From Thermoplasmata archaeon (lineage in GTDB: Archaea; Thermoplasmatota; Thermoplasmata; Lutacidiplasmatales; UBA184), in assembly GCA_022749995.1 (NCBI GenBank), contig JAKIWO010000001.1, positions 22,410 to 86,409 of the forward strand: a stretch of 64,000 nt of DNA, in the 5' to 3' direction. How positions within the stretch are numbered: position 1 is the stretch's first letter; every line of letters starts with the position of its first letter. The translations under genes and the position numbers were made by a program. Below the pieces are notes generated by a model that ran no database searches, was not told where the DNA came from, and saw nothing but the letters and a program-made list of their open reading frames with translations. Positions 8,509-18,404 of the stretch are shown in pieces.

Positions 8509-9893
8509 TGGCCTCGGGGCCAGAACGGTTCCTCTCCGACCCCCGCTACGGCGACGAGTTCACCCGCGCCCGCGAGCTCCTGCTCGCCCACCCCGGCCGC
8601 TGGCGGGTCATCTACCACTACGATGGGGACGGGATCGCCAGCGCCACGAGCGCGGTGCGCGCGCTCCGTCGGCTCGGCTACGGACTGCAGGCCACTCCGC
8701 TCGTCGGCGTCGACCGCTCCCGGATGCTGGAGCTGCTCCACGCCACCCGGGGCCCGGTCTGGGTCGTGGACACCGGTGCGACCTGGCTCGACAGCTTCGC
8801 CGAGCACCCCTACCCCGTGCTCGTCCTCGACCACCACAGCTACGTGCCGCCGGAGCGCGCCGCCCCGGACCACGTGGCCTTCGTCAATCCGCTCGACTGG
8901 GGGGTCGACGGGATGAGCGAACTCTGCGCCGCGACGCTCACCTGGCTGTACACGATCTTCCTCGACCCGAAGAACTGGGACAACGCCCCCTGGGGGCTCT
9001 CAGGGGCCATCGCCGACCGCCAGCATGTGGGCGGTTTCCGGGGGCTCAACCTCCGACTGCTCCAAGAGGCGGAGGATCGCCAGTTGGTCAAGCGCCGGGT
9101 CGGAGTCGGCCTTTCCGGCGCGTCGGTCGCCGATGCGATCCAGCGGAGTATCGATCCGTACTTCCGGGGACTTTCGGGAAAGCGCGAGGCCGTGCTCGAG
9201 TGGCTGCGGGGTCTTGCGATCGAGCCGGCCGCGGCGCTCGGGTCGCTCGCTCCGGCCGACCTCGAACGGCTCACGAAGTCGCTCGAGGACCGACTCGTGC
9301 GTCAGGGGGTTCGCCCGGAGTTCGTTGCCGCCTTCCGTCAGGAGCATTACGCCCTACCCTCGGTCGGTATCGACGCCGGCGAGCTTTCCGAACTGCAGAA
9401 CGCCTGCGGAAGGGCCGGCACTCCCTCGCTCGGAGTGGCCCTCGGTGTCGGGGATGCGGCCGCGCTCGCGCAGGCACGGACCGAGCGCGAACGCTGGCGG
9501 AGCGGCATCGAAGCCGGCCTCGCCCGACTCGAGGCGGGGCAGATTCAGGCGATGCCGCACCTCCAGTGGTTCGAGAGCCCCGAGACGCCGCTCGCCGGTA
9601 CGCAGGCCGGGCTCGGGATGACCTACCTGCTCGATCCCAATCGGCCGGTGGCGGTGTTCACCACGGGCGATGGGGTGCTCAAAGTCTCGGCCCGGGGCAC
9701 CCATTGGCTGGTCGGCCGGGGCCTCGACCTGGCCCGGGTCTGCCGCGAGGCCGCGGCGGGGGTCGGGGGAGAAGGTGGGGGGCACAAGGTCGCCTCGGGC
9801 GCGACGATTCCAAAGGGTAGCCGCGACAGCTTTCTCACGGAGGCAAACCGTCTCGTAGGGGAACAACTCGCCGGGGCCGTAGGGGGCGCATGA
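8508..9893 (+). CDS. DHH/DHHA1 phosphoesterase (RecJ-like)
   Basis: [32 protein letters not shown] coupling to rps15, a known archaeal gene pair. Confidence 0.9.
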   Translation: MASGPERFLSDPRYGDEFTRARELLLAHPGRWRVIYHYDGDGIASATSAVRALRRLGYGLQATPLVGVDRSRMLELLHATRGPVWVVDTGATWLDSFAEHPYPVLVLDHHSYVPPERAAPDHVAFVNPLDWGVDGMSELCAATLTWLYTIFLDPKNWDNAPWGLSGAIADRQHVGGFRGLNLRLLQEAEDRQLVKRRVGVGLSGASVADAIQRSIDPYFRGLSGKREAVLEWLRGLAIEPAAALGSLAPADLERLTKSLEDRLVRQGVRPEFVAAFRQEHYALPSVGIDAGELSELQNACGRAGTPSLGVALGVGDAAALAQARTERERWRSGIEAGLARLEAGQIQAMPHLQWFESPETPLAGTQAGLGMTYLLDPNRPVAVFTTGDGVLKVSARGTHWLVGRGLDLARVCREAAAGVGGEGGGHKVASGATIPKGSRDSFLTEANRLVGEQLAGAVGGA

Positions 9894-12469
9894 GCACGGA
9901 GAGCGGCACCCCGGATGTCCCGCCGGACAAGGGGGTGAAGGAGCAGCCGCTCGAGCGGGAGATCCATACCTCCTACATCGACTACGCGATGAGCGTCATC
10001 GTCGGGCGGGCGCTGCCCGACGGGCGGGACGGGCTCAAGCCGGTCCACCGGCGCATCCTCTGGGCGATGTGGGAGGGCGGTGTCACCCACGACCGTCCGT
10101 ACCGCAAGTCCGCCCGGACGGTGGGAGAGGTGCTGGGGAAGTACCACCCGCACGGCGAGATCGCCGTCTACGACGCGCTCGTGCGGATGGCGCAGGAGTT
10201 CTCGCTGCGCTACCCGCTCGTCGACGGCCAAGGGAACTTCGGCAGCATCGACGGGGACCCGCCGGCGGCGATGCGGTACACCGAGGCTCGTCTCGCGAGC
10301 GTCGCCGAGGAGATGCTCACCGACATCGAGAAGGACACCGTCGATTGGACGGACAACTTCGACGGCTCGCTCCGCCAGCCGCTCACGCTGCCGAGCAAGC
10401 TGCCCAATCTGCTGGTCAACGGCTCGGCGGGGATCGCCGTGGGCATGGCGACGAACATGCCCCCGCACAACCTGGGGGAGATCGTCGACGCGTTGCACTA
10501 CGTGCTCGCCCATCCGGCCGCCGGACTCGACGAGCTCCTCGCGCGCGTCCCCGGCCCTGATTTTCCGACCTGGGGTCTCCTGAGCGCCGAAGGGATACGG
10601 GACATCTACGCGACCGGCCGCGGCATGCTCCGTATCCGCGCCCGGGCCACGATCCGCGAGCGCGACGGCCGGGACGAGATCCAGATCACCGAGATCCCGT
10701 ACGAGGTGAACAAGTCCGATCTGCTCAGCCTCATCGCCGAGCTGGTGAAGGCCAAGCGGATCGACGGCATCACCGACCTCCGCGACGAGTCCGACCGGCA
10801 CGGGATCTCGATCGTCGTCGAACTCCGACGGGACGCTCCCGCGGAGATCGTGCTCAACCGGCTGTTCGAGCACACCCCGCTCGAGAGCACGTTCGGCGTG
10901 ATCAACCTGTGTCTGGTCGACGGTCGTCCGAAGGTACTCAGCCTCCGGGAGCTGCTCGACCTGCACCTCGGCGAGCGACGCGAGGTGCTCACGCGGCGCA
11001 CCCGCTTTGACTTGGCCCGCGCCGAGGAGCGTAAGCACCTCCTCGAGGGGTTCCTCATCGCCATCGACCACATCGACGAAGTGATCCGGATCATCCGGCG
11101 CTCCCGCGACGTCCCGACCGCGGAGACCTCGCTGATGGGGAAGTTCCTGCTCTCGACGGAGCAGGCCAAAGCGATCCTGGACATGCGGCTCGCCCGGCTG
11201 ACCGCACTCGAGCGGGAAGCGGTGGAGAAGGAGGCCCGCGAGAAGGAGGAGCTGATCGGGCGGCTCCGAATCATCCTGGGGAGCCCGACGGAACTGGACC
11301 GGCTCCTGTTCAACGAGCTCACCGATCTCAAGACCAAGTACGCCGACAAGCGCCGCACCGAGATCGTGCCCGGGTTCTCCGAGCGGACGCTCGAGGACCT
11401 GATCCCGAACTCGGAAGTGGTCGTCCTCGTCACGCACGGGGGGTATGTCAAGCGGCTCCCGCTCGAGCAGTACCGCCGCCAGCGCCGCGGCGGCAAGGGG
11501 CTCGTGCAGATGGAGACGAAGGAGGAGGATTTCGTCACCCGCACCTTCGTCACGCGAACGCACGACTTCGTGCTGTTCTTCACGACCCTCGGCCGGGTCT
11601 ACAAGCTCAAGGCCTACGAGCTGCCCGAAGGCAGCCGTCACTCCAAGGGCAAGGCGATCATCAACCTCCTACCGAAGCTCAAGGAAGGCGAGCGAGTGCA
11701 GACCCTGCTCCCGCTCCGCGAGATGGGCGGCGGCGGCAGCCTGCTGTTCGCCACCCGGCGCGGACTCGTCAAGCGGACGGAGCTCGACCAGTACCAGAAC
11801 ATCCGGACGAACGGGATCCAGGCGATCCTCCTCGAGGAGGGCGACGAGCTGGTCCACGTGGCGCTCGTCGCGGACCCGTCGGCCCAAGCGATCCTTGCCA
11901 CCGCCTCCGGCCAGCTGGTGCGCTTCGCCCTCACGGAGGTTCGGCCGACGGGCCGGGCCACCTACGGAGTCATCGGCGTGCGACTCGCCGACCCGGCCAC
12001 GGACCGCGTGGTGACGATGGCGCCGGTGAGCTCGGCGTATCCGCACCTGCTCACCCTCTCCAGCACCGGCTTTGGCAAGCGGAGTGCCTTCGACGAATAC
12101 CGCGAGACGCGACGGGGGGCCCGCGGTGTCCGCACCATCCGCACCGGAGGTCGGAACGGCTCGGTCGTGGGAGTGCTGCCGGTCCGGGAGGACCAGGAAG
12201 TGCTCGTGACCACGCAAGGCGGGATCACGATCCGGATCCCGGTCTCGGGCATCCGTGCCCAGGGTCGCAATACCCTAGGCGTCCGCATCATCCGGGTCGA
12301 GCCCACCGACGCGGTCAAGGACGCCGTCGCCCTCGACCCCCCGCCGGAGGCGGAGGATGCGCCACCGGCTCCCCCGCCCCCGCCCGGCGCGGCCGACGAG
12401 GAGGAACCGCTCGTGGAGGAGCCGACCCCCGACTCCGGGGAGGACGATGCGCCACCGGCCGCGGGGTAA
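9890..12469 (+). CDS. gyrA: DNA gyrase subunit A
   Basis: [27 protein letters not shown] (catalytic Tyr), GyrA box QRRGGKG, beta-pinwheel repeats, acidic tail. Confidence 0.97.
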   Translation: MSTESGTPDVPPDKGVKEQPLEREIHTSYIDYAMSVIVGRALPDGRDGLKPVHRRILWAMWEGGVTHDRPYRKSARTVGEVLGKYHPHGEIAVYDALVRMAQEFSLRYPLVDGQGNFGSIDGDPPAAMRYTEARLASVAEEMLTDIEKDTVDWTDNFDGSLRQPLTLPSKLPNLLVNGSAGIAVGMATNMPPHNLGEIVDALHYVLAHPAAGLDELLARVPGPDFPTWGLLSAEGIRDIYATGRGMLRIRARATIRERDGRDEIQITEIPYEVNKSDLLSLIAELVKAKRIDGITDLRDESDRHGISIVVELRRDAPAEIVLNRLFEHTPLESTFGVINLCLVDGRPKVLSLRELLDLHLGERREVLTRRTRFDLARAEERKHLLEGFLIAIDHIDEVIRIIRRSRDVPTAETSLMGKFLLSTEQAKAILDMRLARLTALEREAVEKEAREKEELIGRLRIILGSPTELDRLLFNELTDLKTKYADKRRTEIVPGFSERTLEDLIPNSEVVVLVTHGGYVKRLPLEQYRRQRRGGKGLVQMETKEEDFVTRTFVTRTHDFVLFFTTLGRVYKLKAYELPEGSRHSKGKAIINLLPKLKEGERVQTLLPLREMGGGGSLLFATRRGLVKRTELDQYQNIRTNGIQAILLEEGDELVHVALVADPSAQAILATASGQLVRFALTEVRPTGRATYGVIGVRLADPATDRVVTMAPVSSAYPHLLTLSSTGFGKRSAFDEYRETRRGARGVRTIRTGGRNGSVVGVLPVREDQEVLVTTQGGITIRIPVSGIRAQGRNTLGVRIIRVEPTDAVKDAVALDPPPEAEDAPPAPPPPPGAADEEEPLVEEPTPDSGEDDAPPAAG

Positions 12470-12626
12470 GCGGATCCTCCGCTGCCCGCAGTGCCGGTCG
12501 ACCCACGTCGTCTTTGACGCCGCCCTGATCACGGGGCAGCGGTACCACTGCCTGGACTGCGACTACCTGGGCGCCTTCGTGTTGGAGGAGGAGCTCAAGG
12601 CCGCGCCACCGGAGTCGCCCCCGTGA
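12447..12626 (+). CDS. Small zinc-ribbon protein (59 aa)
   Basis: [12 protein letters not shown]; overlaps the gyrA end and is GTGA-coupled to the ArsA gene. Confidence 0.7.
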   Translation: MRHRPRGKRILRCPQCRSTHVVFDAALITGQRYHCLDCDYLGAFVLEEELKAAPPESPP

Positions 12627-13804
12627 GGGTGATCATCTACACGGGCAAGGGCGGCGTCGGGAAGACCTCGCTCGCCGCGGCGACGGCGCTCGGGGCCGCG
12701 GCGCACGGGCACCGCACGCTCGTCCTCTCGACCGACTCGGCCCATTCCCTCGGCGACTCGCTGGGTACGCCGCTCGGGCCGGACCCGCGGACCGTCGCCC
12801 CGAACGTCGACGCGCTCGAGATCGACGTACTCACCGAGCTCGAACGCAGCTGGAAGGCGGTGCACGAGTACCTGCTGCGACTCCTCGCCTCGCAGGGCGT
12901 CGAGGAGATCACGGCGCAGGAGGTGGTCATCCTCCCCGGGATGGAGCTCATCGCCGCGCTGCTGCGCCTCGATGGCATCGAACAGGAACACCGGTACGAC
13001 ACCGCGGTGCTCGACACGGCACCCACCGCCGAGACCCTGCGATTGCTGAGCTTCCCGGACGCGATCGAGTGGTACTTCGACCGTGTCCTCCGGATGCAGC
13101 GCCGGGTCACTCGCGTGGTGCGCTCCACCGTCGGGCGCGCGATGAAGACGCCGCTTCCCTCGGAGGGATTCTTCGACACGCTCGAAGAGCTCCACGAGCG
13201 GTTCCGGCGGGTGCGGGCGTTGCTCACCGACCCAGGCCGCTCGACGGTACGCCTCGTGGTGAATCCGGAGCGGATGGTCATCGCGGAAACGCAGCGCGCG
13301 TACACCTACCTGTGCCTGTTCGGTCTGACCGTCGAATTGCTCGTGGTCAACCGGATCATGCCCAAGGAGGCGACCAGCGGCTACTTCGCCCCCACGCGCA
13401 GCGAGCAGGACAGGAACCTCGGCTCGCTGGAGGAGTTGTTCGGCGCGCTCCCGCAGCTGCCCGTGCCTCGGTACCCTCGCGAGGTGATCGGCCGCGAGTC
13501 ACTGGATCAGCTCGGCAAGGACGTGTTCGGGGAGAACGACCCGGCACGGATCTGGCCGAGCAGCCCTCCCATACGGTTCCGGATGCGCGAGGGAGCCCCC
13601 TCCATCGAGCTCACGCTCCCGCTCGTCGATCCCTCGGCGGTGCAGCTGAGCCAGCGGGGCGACACGCTCTACCTCACCGTGGGCGCCTACCGACGCTCGA
13701 TCGCGTTGCCGGTCGCCTACACGCGCAGTCAAGTGGAGCGGGCCTACTTCGATAAGGGAACTTTCGTGATCCGGTTCCGTGGTGGGGATGCCGCCAAGCA
13801 CTGA
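12623..13804 (+). CDS. ArsA/Get3-family ATPase with C-terminal Hsp20-like domain
   Basis: GKGGVGKT, STDSAHSL, DTAPTAETLRLL; C-terminal beta domain (LSQRGDTLYLTVGAYRRSIALP). Confidence 0.9.
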   Translation: MRVIIYTGKGGVGKTSLAAATALGAAAHGHRTLVLSTDSAHSLGDSLGTPLGPDPRTVAPNVDALEIDVLTELERSWKAVHEYLLRLLASQGVEEITAQEVVILPGMELIAALLRLDGIEQEHRYDTAVLDTAPTAETLRLLSFPDAIEWYFDRVLRMQRRVTRVVRSTVGRAMKTPLPSEGFFDTLEELHERFRRVRALLTDPGRSTVRLVVNPERMVIAETQRAYTYLCLFGLTVELLVVNRIMPKEATSGYFAPTRSEQDRNLGSLEELFGALPQLPVPRYPREVIGRESLDQLGKDVFGENDPARIWPSSPPIRFRMREGAPSIELTLPLVDPSAVQLSQRGDTLYLTVGAYRRSIALPVAYTRSQVERAYFDKGTFVIRFRGGDAAKH

Positions 13805-14255
13805 TCCGCCGGAGGAGCGCGGGGTGCCTCCCCCGCTCAAGGCGCTACTCGAGCTGCTGCGCGCCGAGTTCTCGAGCGTCGAAGTCGCGGGGGCGGTGGA
13901 ACGGCTCGGCCGCAGCGCCGGCCGCCTGCTCGAGTCCCTACCGGAGGAGCCCGAAGCGCCCGAGCGAGTGCGCGAGGCCGCCGCGGATGCGCGCAACGCG
14001 TTCCTGGATTTGCTGCGGATCAGTTCGACCGTGGCCGCTTCGGCGCTCGCCGGCTCCGGCGCTGCCGGATCGGAGCCGCTCCGGCGGATCGAGGTGAGCG
14101 CTGCGCCCGCTGCGGAGGAGGGGAGCCCCGACGCAGTGCCGCCACGAGCGCGAGGGCGCGCACCGTCGGCGCGACCTCGTGCACCCGCACCAGGTGCGCC
14201 CCCCCGAGCGCGGCGACGACCGCCGCGGCGATCCCGGCCTCGGCCCGCTCCGTAA
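13788..14255 (+). CDS. Hypothetical helical protein coupled to ArsA
   Basis: Overlaps the ArsA stop; amphipathic helices and RRIEV motif; 3' end overlaps folP on the opposite strand. Confidence 0.55.
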   Translation: MPPSTDPPEERGVPPPLKALLELLRAEFSSVEVAGAVERLGRSAGRLLESLPEEPEAPERVREAAADARNAFLDLLRISSTVAASALAGSGAAGSEPLRRIEVSAAPAAEEGSPDAVPPRARGRAPSARPRAPAPGAPPRARRRPPRRSRPRPAP

Positions 14256-15393
14256 CCGGGGCGCCCCCCAGGGCGGCCCCGAGCATCGACTTTCGGGACG
14301 CCCCCACGACCACCGGGAACCCGAGCGAGCGCAGCTCGCCGATGTGCGCGAGGAGCTCGAGGCTCTGCGCGGGCGTCTTACCGAACCCGAGCCCCGGGTC
14401 GATCAGGATGGCCTCCGGCGCCACCCCGTCGGCCACCGCCGTCGACGCGGCATCGGCGAGGAAGCCGTAGACCTCGTCGCGGAGCTCGACGTAGCGGGTG
14501 TCCTGCTGCATCGTGCGCGGAGTCCCCCGCATGTGCATCGCGATCACCGGTGCGCCGGTGCGCGCGAGCAGCCGTCGCATGCCGCCTTCGCGCAATCCGC
14601 CGATGTCGTTGACGAGGTCGGCCCCCAGCGCGAGGGCCTCCTTCGCCACCTCGGAGCGCCGCGTGTCGACGGAGATGGGCACCGAGCTACGGTCGTGGAG
14701 TTTCCGCAGGACGGGGGTTAGCCGGGCGAGCTCGGCCCGGGCAGAGACCGGTGCGGCACCGGGGCGCGTCGACTCGGCCCCCACATCGATCAACGCCGCG
14801 CCTTCGGAGATCAACTCCTGCGCGCGGGTCACGGCGGCCGCCGGCTCCAAGTACCGACCGCCATCGGAGAACGAGTCCGGCGTCACGTTGACGACACCCA
14901 TCGCCCGACAGTCCGGACCGAGCGACAGGGTCCGGTGTAGACCGCGGATCGTGAAGGGAGCCCGCCGAGTGTAGCCGGCGAGGGCCGCCTTGCCCGCTCG
15001 GGCCACCTCCCGGAGATGGAACGGCTGGCGCTCGAGCTTCGGCCAGAGCCGTTCGTACTGGGCAGGGGTCGCCGTCAGGACGACGGCGGTGCTACGTACC
15101 GAGTGATCGGCAATCCCTCGCGCCTGAGCCGCGTCCCCCCCGAGGGCCAGCAACTCCTGTTTAAGGAGAGGCGACGCCTTGAGCGGAACGCCATCGAGCC
15201 GCAGCAGGCGAAGCTCCGCCTTGCGGGTCATGATGCCGACCCCCTCGGGGTCGGAATCGGTGCGCTCCAACTCGCGGGCGACGGCCGCCGAGTCTCTCGG
15301 CGCCAAGACGCGGGCCCGGAACTGCGCGACCGCGCGGAGCGATGCGGCCGCGGTCCGGAGATCGGGCACGCCGCGAGGAACCTCGGGCCGCAT
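14020..15393 (-). CDS. folP: Dihydropteroate synthase with N-terminal extension
   Basis: MGVVNVTPDSFSDGG, DVGAESTRPG, DPGLGFGKT, GASRKS, VRVHEV; N-terminal domain containing LLKQELLALGGDAA. Confidence 0.93.
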   Translation of the reverse strand: MRPEVPRGVPDLRTAAASLRAVAQFRARVLAPRDSAAVARELERTDSDPEGVGIMTRKAELRLLRLDGVPLKASPLLKQELLALGGDAAQARGIADHSVRSTAVVLTATPAQYERLWPKLERQPFHLREVARAGKAALAGYTRRAPFTIRGLHRTLSLGPDCRAMGVVNVTPDSFSDGGRYLEPAAAVTRAQELISEGAALIDVGAESTRPGAAPVSARAELARLTPVLRKLHDRSSVPISVDTRRSEVAKEALALGADLVNDIGGLREGGMRRLLARTGAPVIAMHMRGTPRTMQQDTRYVELRDEVYGFLADAASTAVADGVAPEAILIDPGLGFGKTPAQSLELLAHIGELRSLGFPVVVGASRKSMLGAALGGAPVTERAEAGIAAAVVAALGGAHLVRVHEVAPTVRALALVAALRRGSPPPQRAQRSPRSAGAAPIRQRRSRRAPKRPRSN

Positions 15394-15484
15394 ATATCGG
15401 ACCAGCCGCGCAGCTCGGACGCTTCTCGTCCCACGCGCCAGGGTGCTCGGTGCCGCTTTTCCTCCGCGCGTTGTTCGGGGATTC

Positions 15485-16255
15485 GTGACGGAGCTGGAGC
15501 GAGCCAGCGCGCCCATTCTTGCGGTGGCCGGCGTCTCGGCGACCGGCAAGACCACGACGCTCGACCAGCTCCGTGGGTCGCGCCGGCGGGCCGTGCTAGC
15601 GGAGCCTTGGGCGGCGCTCCGACCTCGACCTCGACTCGACGTTCGAAATCGAGCGGAACTTCGCGGCGTGGAGCGCCGGCTCCTGCGTGAAGAGATCAAA
15701 CGATTCCGCCGAGCGGAACGGATCGCGGCCGGTGGCCGGACGGTTTGGCTGGACACCCCACCCGTTGGCCCCCTGACCTACGCCCGCGCGGTGAGCGCCC
15801 TGCTCGGGTGGGAATGGGACGCCACCCGCATCTTCGGGGCCGCCGGCCGGACCCGAGCCGCGCCACCCGCCATTCAACTCCCCCACCTTACGATCTACCT
15901 CCGGACGCCGATAGAGCGGTTGCTCGCTCGGGCCTTCGAGAGCTCCGGGGGCCGAGATCCGAGCCTCGCCGTGCGCCACTTAGTCGTGGGGCTGGTGGAG
16001 CAGGAGTTCTGGCTGACGGATTTCCGAGTCGCGTTCCCCGCGCGATTGCGGGTGATGGACGGAGAGATCGGTCCGGGAACCGTCGTAGAGTTGGCCCAGC
16101 ATTGGGAGGGCGACGCCCGCCGGGCGGGAACCGTCCTCCCCGAGGAGCGGGGGTGTCTAGAGCGGTTGCTTCGGCGACCGGCACGGCTGCCCCGACGCTT
16201 CGCGGAGCCCGGGCGAATGGTTAAGCCCGCGGCGCGGTGGAACCGTCGCCGATGA
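15485..16255 (+). CDS. P-loop nucleoside/nucleotide kinase-like protein
   Basis: AVAGVSATGKTT Walker A; LAEP, VWLD and PHLTIYL dNK/TMK-like motifs. Confidence 0.65.
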   Translation: MTELERASAPILAVAGVSATGKTTTLDQLRGSRRRAVLAEPWAALRPRPRLDVRNRAELRGVERRLLREEIKRFRRAERIAAGGRTVWLDTPPVGPLTYARAVSALLGWEWDATRIFGAAGRTRAAPPAIQLPHLTIYLRTPIERLLARAFESSGGRDPSLAVRHLVVGLVEQEFWLTDFRVAFPARLRVMDGEIGPGTVVELAQHWEGDARRAGTVLPEERGCLERLLRRPARLPRRFAEPGRMVKPAARWNRRR

Positions 16256-16464
16256 AGCCGCTCGAACTTCTAGAGCAGAGCCTGCAGAAGCGGGTGCTCG
16301 TGGAGCTCAAGGGCGGACACTCCTTTCGGGGTGTCCTCGAAGCGTACGACCAGCACCTCAACCTGATCCTTTCCCACGCCGAGGAAGTGGTCGGTGAGCA
16401 GGTCACGCCGCACGCCGGGCTGACCCTGCTGCGCGGCGACAGCGTCGTCTTCATATCCCCGTAG
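16252..16464 (+). CDS. Sm-like (Lsm/SmAP) RNA-binding protein
   Basis: KPLELL..VLVELKGG..GVLEAYDQHLNLIL..LLRGDSVVFISP. Confidence 0.95.
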   Translation: MKPLELLEQSLQKRVLVELKGGHSFRGVLEAYDQHLNLILSHAEEVVGEQVTPHAGLTLLRGDSVVFISP

Positions 16465-16479
16465 CCTTCGGCCGAAGGC
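16464..16479. repeat. Perfect 16-bp palindrome GCCTTCGGCCGAAGGC
   Basis: Read directly; fills the Sm-rpl37e spacer. Confidence 0.8.
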
Positions 16480-16481
16480 CC

Positions 16482-16643
16482 ATGGGAAAGGGAACGCCGG
16501 CCCGCCGCGGGGGCAAGATTGTACACTTCCGCTGCCGCCGCTGCGGAAAGCACTCGTTTCACCGCCAGAAGCGGGTCTGTGCCTCCTGCGGCTTCGGTGA
16601 CAGCCCGCGTTGGCGCAGCTTTTCCTGGGCCAAGCTCCGTTAG
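16482..16643 (+). CDS. rpl37e: 50S ribosomal protein L37e (absent from the ORF track, 53 aa)
   Basis: Translated by hand: MGKGTPARRGGKIVHFRCRRCGKHSFHRQKRVCASCGFGDSPRWRSFSWAKLR; conserved position after Sm. Confidence 0.96.
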   Translation: MGKGTPARRGGKIVHFRCRRCGKHSFHRQKRVCASCGFGDSPRWRSFSWAKLR

Positions 16644-17224
16644 GCGTCCAGCCTCCTCAGGCCCCGAAGCGGCCGAGAAACCCAGCGATTGCTGGAAACA
16701 GCAAACCGGAGCGGCCGCTCGCGGGCCGAAGTGATCCCCACCCGGCGCCCAGCATCGATGCTGGGCGGCGGGGCAGGCCCCGGAAGTAGTCGAATCTCGG
16801 ACTCCTCCAGATTCCATCCGTCCATCCCCCGCTGGATGGCCAACGCGCGGCACAGCCGTCCGGGACCGGAGGTGGAGGAGAGGCCCGGCATGAGCGGTTC
16901 GCCCGCTCGGATCAAGGCGGCCTCGCCGCTGCGCCCCACCACGTTGGCACAGAGCACCTGATGGATCGCGAATACGTAGAGCGTGCCCGGTGGACCGAAC
17001 ATCGATCGATTGCGAACGCTGGGCCCCAGGAAGGCGTGGCTCGCCGGATCCCCGCGGCCGTACGCCTCGGTCTCCACGATCCGGACCCCGCGAAATTCTC
17101 GACCGATCCGATGGACGAGCCGGGCGCCGAGGAGCTTCCGCGCGAGTTCCGGCGCCGGCAGGACCCAATCGCGTGCCGGGAATGGATGCGCGAACGCGGC
17201 CCGCAGCGACGCTGGTCGCGCCAC
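16640..17224 (-). CDS. mpg: 3-methyladenine DNA glycosylase (AAG/MPG family)
   Basis: IVETEAY..DPASH..MFGPPGTLYV..ALIRAGEP..GPGRLC..RVGIT. Confidence 0.93.
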   Translation of the reverse strand: MARPASLRAAFAHPFPARDWVLPAPELARKLLGARLVHRIGREFRGVRIVETEAYGRGDPASHAFLGPSVRNRSMFGPPGTLYVFAIHQVLCANVVGRSGEAALIRAGEPLMPGLSSTSGPGRLCRALAIQRGMDGWNLEESEIRLLPGPAPPPSIDAGRRVGITSARERPLRFAVSSNRWVSRPLRGLRRLDA

Positions 17225-17227
17225 CTG

Positions 17228-18337
17228 CTAGAGGAGTTTGCCCCGGTCGGCGAGCGGCAGACCGTCGACCGCGACCGTGGCCTCCCCCACGACGATCCAG
17301 GAGAGGAACGGACAGCGATTGCTCCCGCCGAAGGCGCGGTTGCCCCCGATGGCGAGCGTCACCGCTCCCTCCTCCTGGTCCTCCACCTGCGGCGTCGCGG
17401 GCGGGAGCGACGGGTTGATCCCGATGGAGAACAGCCCCGCGAGCTCCTTGCCCTTCGGCGCGGCCTGATAGGCCTCGTCGAACGCGGCCTGCCCCTCGGT
17501 GAACCAGGAGTTGACGAGCCGTCCCTGCCGGAACTCCCACTGGCCCCCCTCGCCCCGACCCGTCGGCAGGAAGCTGGGGCGGTTGGCGATGAGCAGCCCT
17601 TCGGCGCTCCGCTCGTCGATCGCCACCACCACCGAGCCCGGGGGAGAGACGGCCATGTTCTGGCCGGTGCGGAGGTCCTCGGGACCGACCACGCCGTCGT
17701 CGACGACCGGGGCACGGGCCTTGAGCTTCAACGTGCAATCGGTCCCGTTGGGCGCGGTGATCCGCAGCTGGTGGCCTTTGCCGAGCTTGCGGGCGGCGAG
17801 TTTTCCGAGCCGCACGACGTCCGCCGGGTCCGGGTCGAGCGCGCCGCGCAGGAGTTGGCCGCGCCAGGTCGAGGCGCTCACTCCCCAATGCTCGGCTTGC
17901 GCCTCGCTCGCGTAGCCGAGCGCAGAGCGCACCGCGCGAATGCGGGCCCGGCGCGCCCGTCGGTACCAGTCGTTCTGGAATCCGGTGAGCCCGACCCGGG
18001 TCCCCTCGGGCAGCGCCCGTAGTCGGGGGCGATCGGCCGGCCCGGGAAAGAACACGTAGGCGTGGGTGCGGTCGAGCGCGGCCCACTCGTGGGTGCCCGG
18101 CGTCGCCCAGCGGGAGACGCTCGGCGCCGAATCGATGCTGCGCCAGTACAGGCTCTCGTCCTCGAAACGCAGGATCGGGTGGGCGCCCCGGCGTCGGGCC
18201 TCGAGCACGCAGGCGAGCGCGTACGGCAGCGTGTGGTTCCACGTCTCCACCACGACGTTCTCCCCGGCGCGCACCCGGAGCGCGGTGCCGAGGAGACGTT
18301 GGGCGAGCGCCGTGGGGGCGCTCTCCTCCCCACCCAT
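17228..18337 (-). CDS. M29 (aminopeptidase T) fold protein, metal ligands apparently lost
   Basis: LRVRAGENVVV, LRITAPNGTD, GIN and LAIGGN resemble M29; the expected Glu/His ligands are not seen. Confidence 0.7.
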   Translation of the reverse strand: MGGEESAPTALAQRLLGTALRVRAGENVVVETWNHTLPYALACVLEARRRGAHPILRFEDESLYWRSIDSAPSVSRWATPGTHEWAALDRTHAYVFFPGPADRPRLRALPEGTRVGLTGFQNDWYRRARRARIRAVRSALGYASEAQAEHWGVSASTWRGQLLRGALDPDPADVVRLGKLAARKLGKGHQLRITAPNGTDCTLKLKARAPVVDDGVVGPEDLRTGQNMAVSPPGSVVVAIDERSAEGLLIANRPSFLPTGRGEGGQWEFRQGRLVNSWFTEGQAAFDEAYQAAPKGKELAGLFSIGINPSLPPATPQVEDQEEGAVTLAIGGNRAFGGSNRCPFLSWIVVGEATVAVDGLPLADRGKLL

Positions 18338-18404
18338 CCCGCCGACGGGAGGCCTCCCTCGGTTAAACAGTTGAGCCGAGAGGGCGCCGTCGGGATGGTC
18401 GACG

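Noticed and set aside
12356..12459. 14-bp direct repeat GATGCGCCACCGGC, 90 bp apart
   Set aside because: It encodes DAPPA twice in the disordered GyrA tail; no sign of an insertion or target-site duplication
12623..13804. Arsenic resistance operon
   Set aside because: No arsB, acr3, arsC, arsD or arsR nearby, and the ATPase lacks metalloid-binding Cys residues
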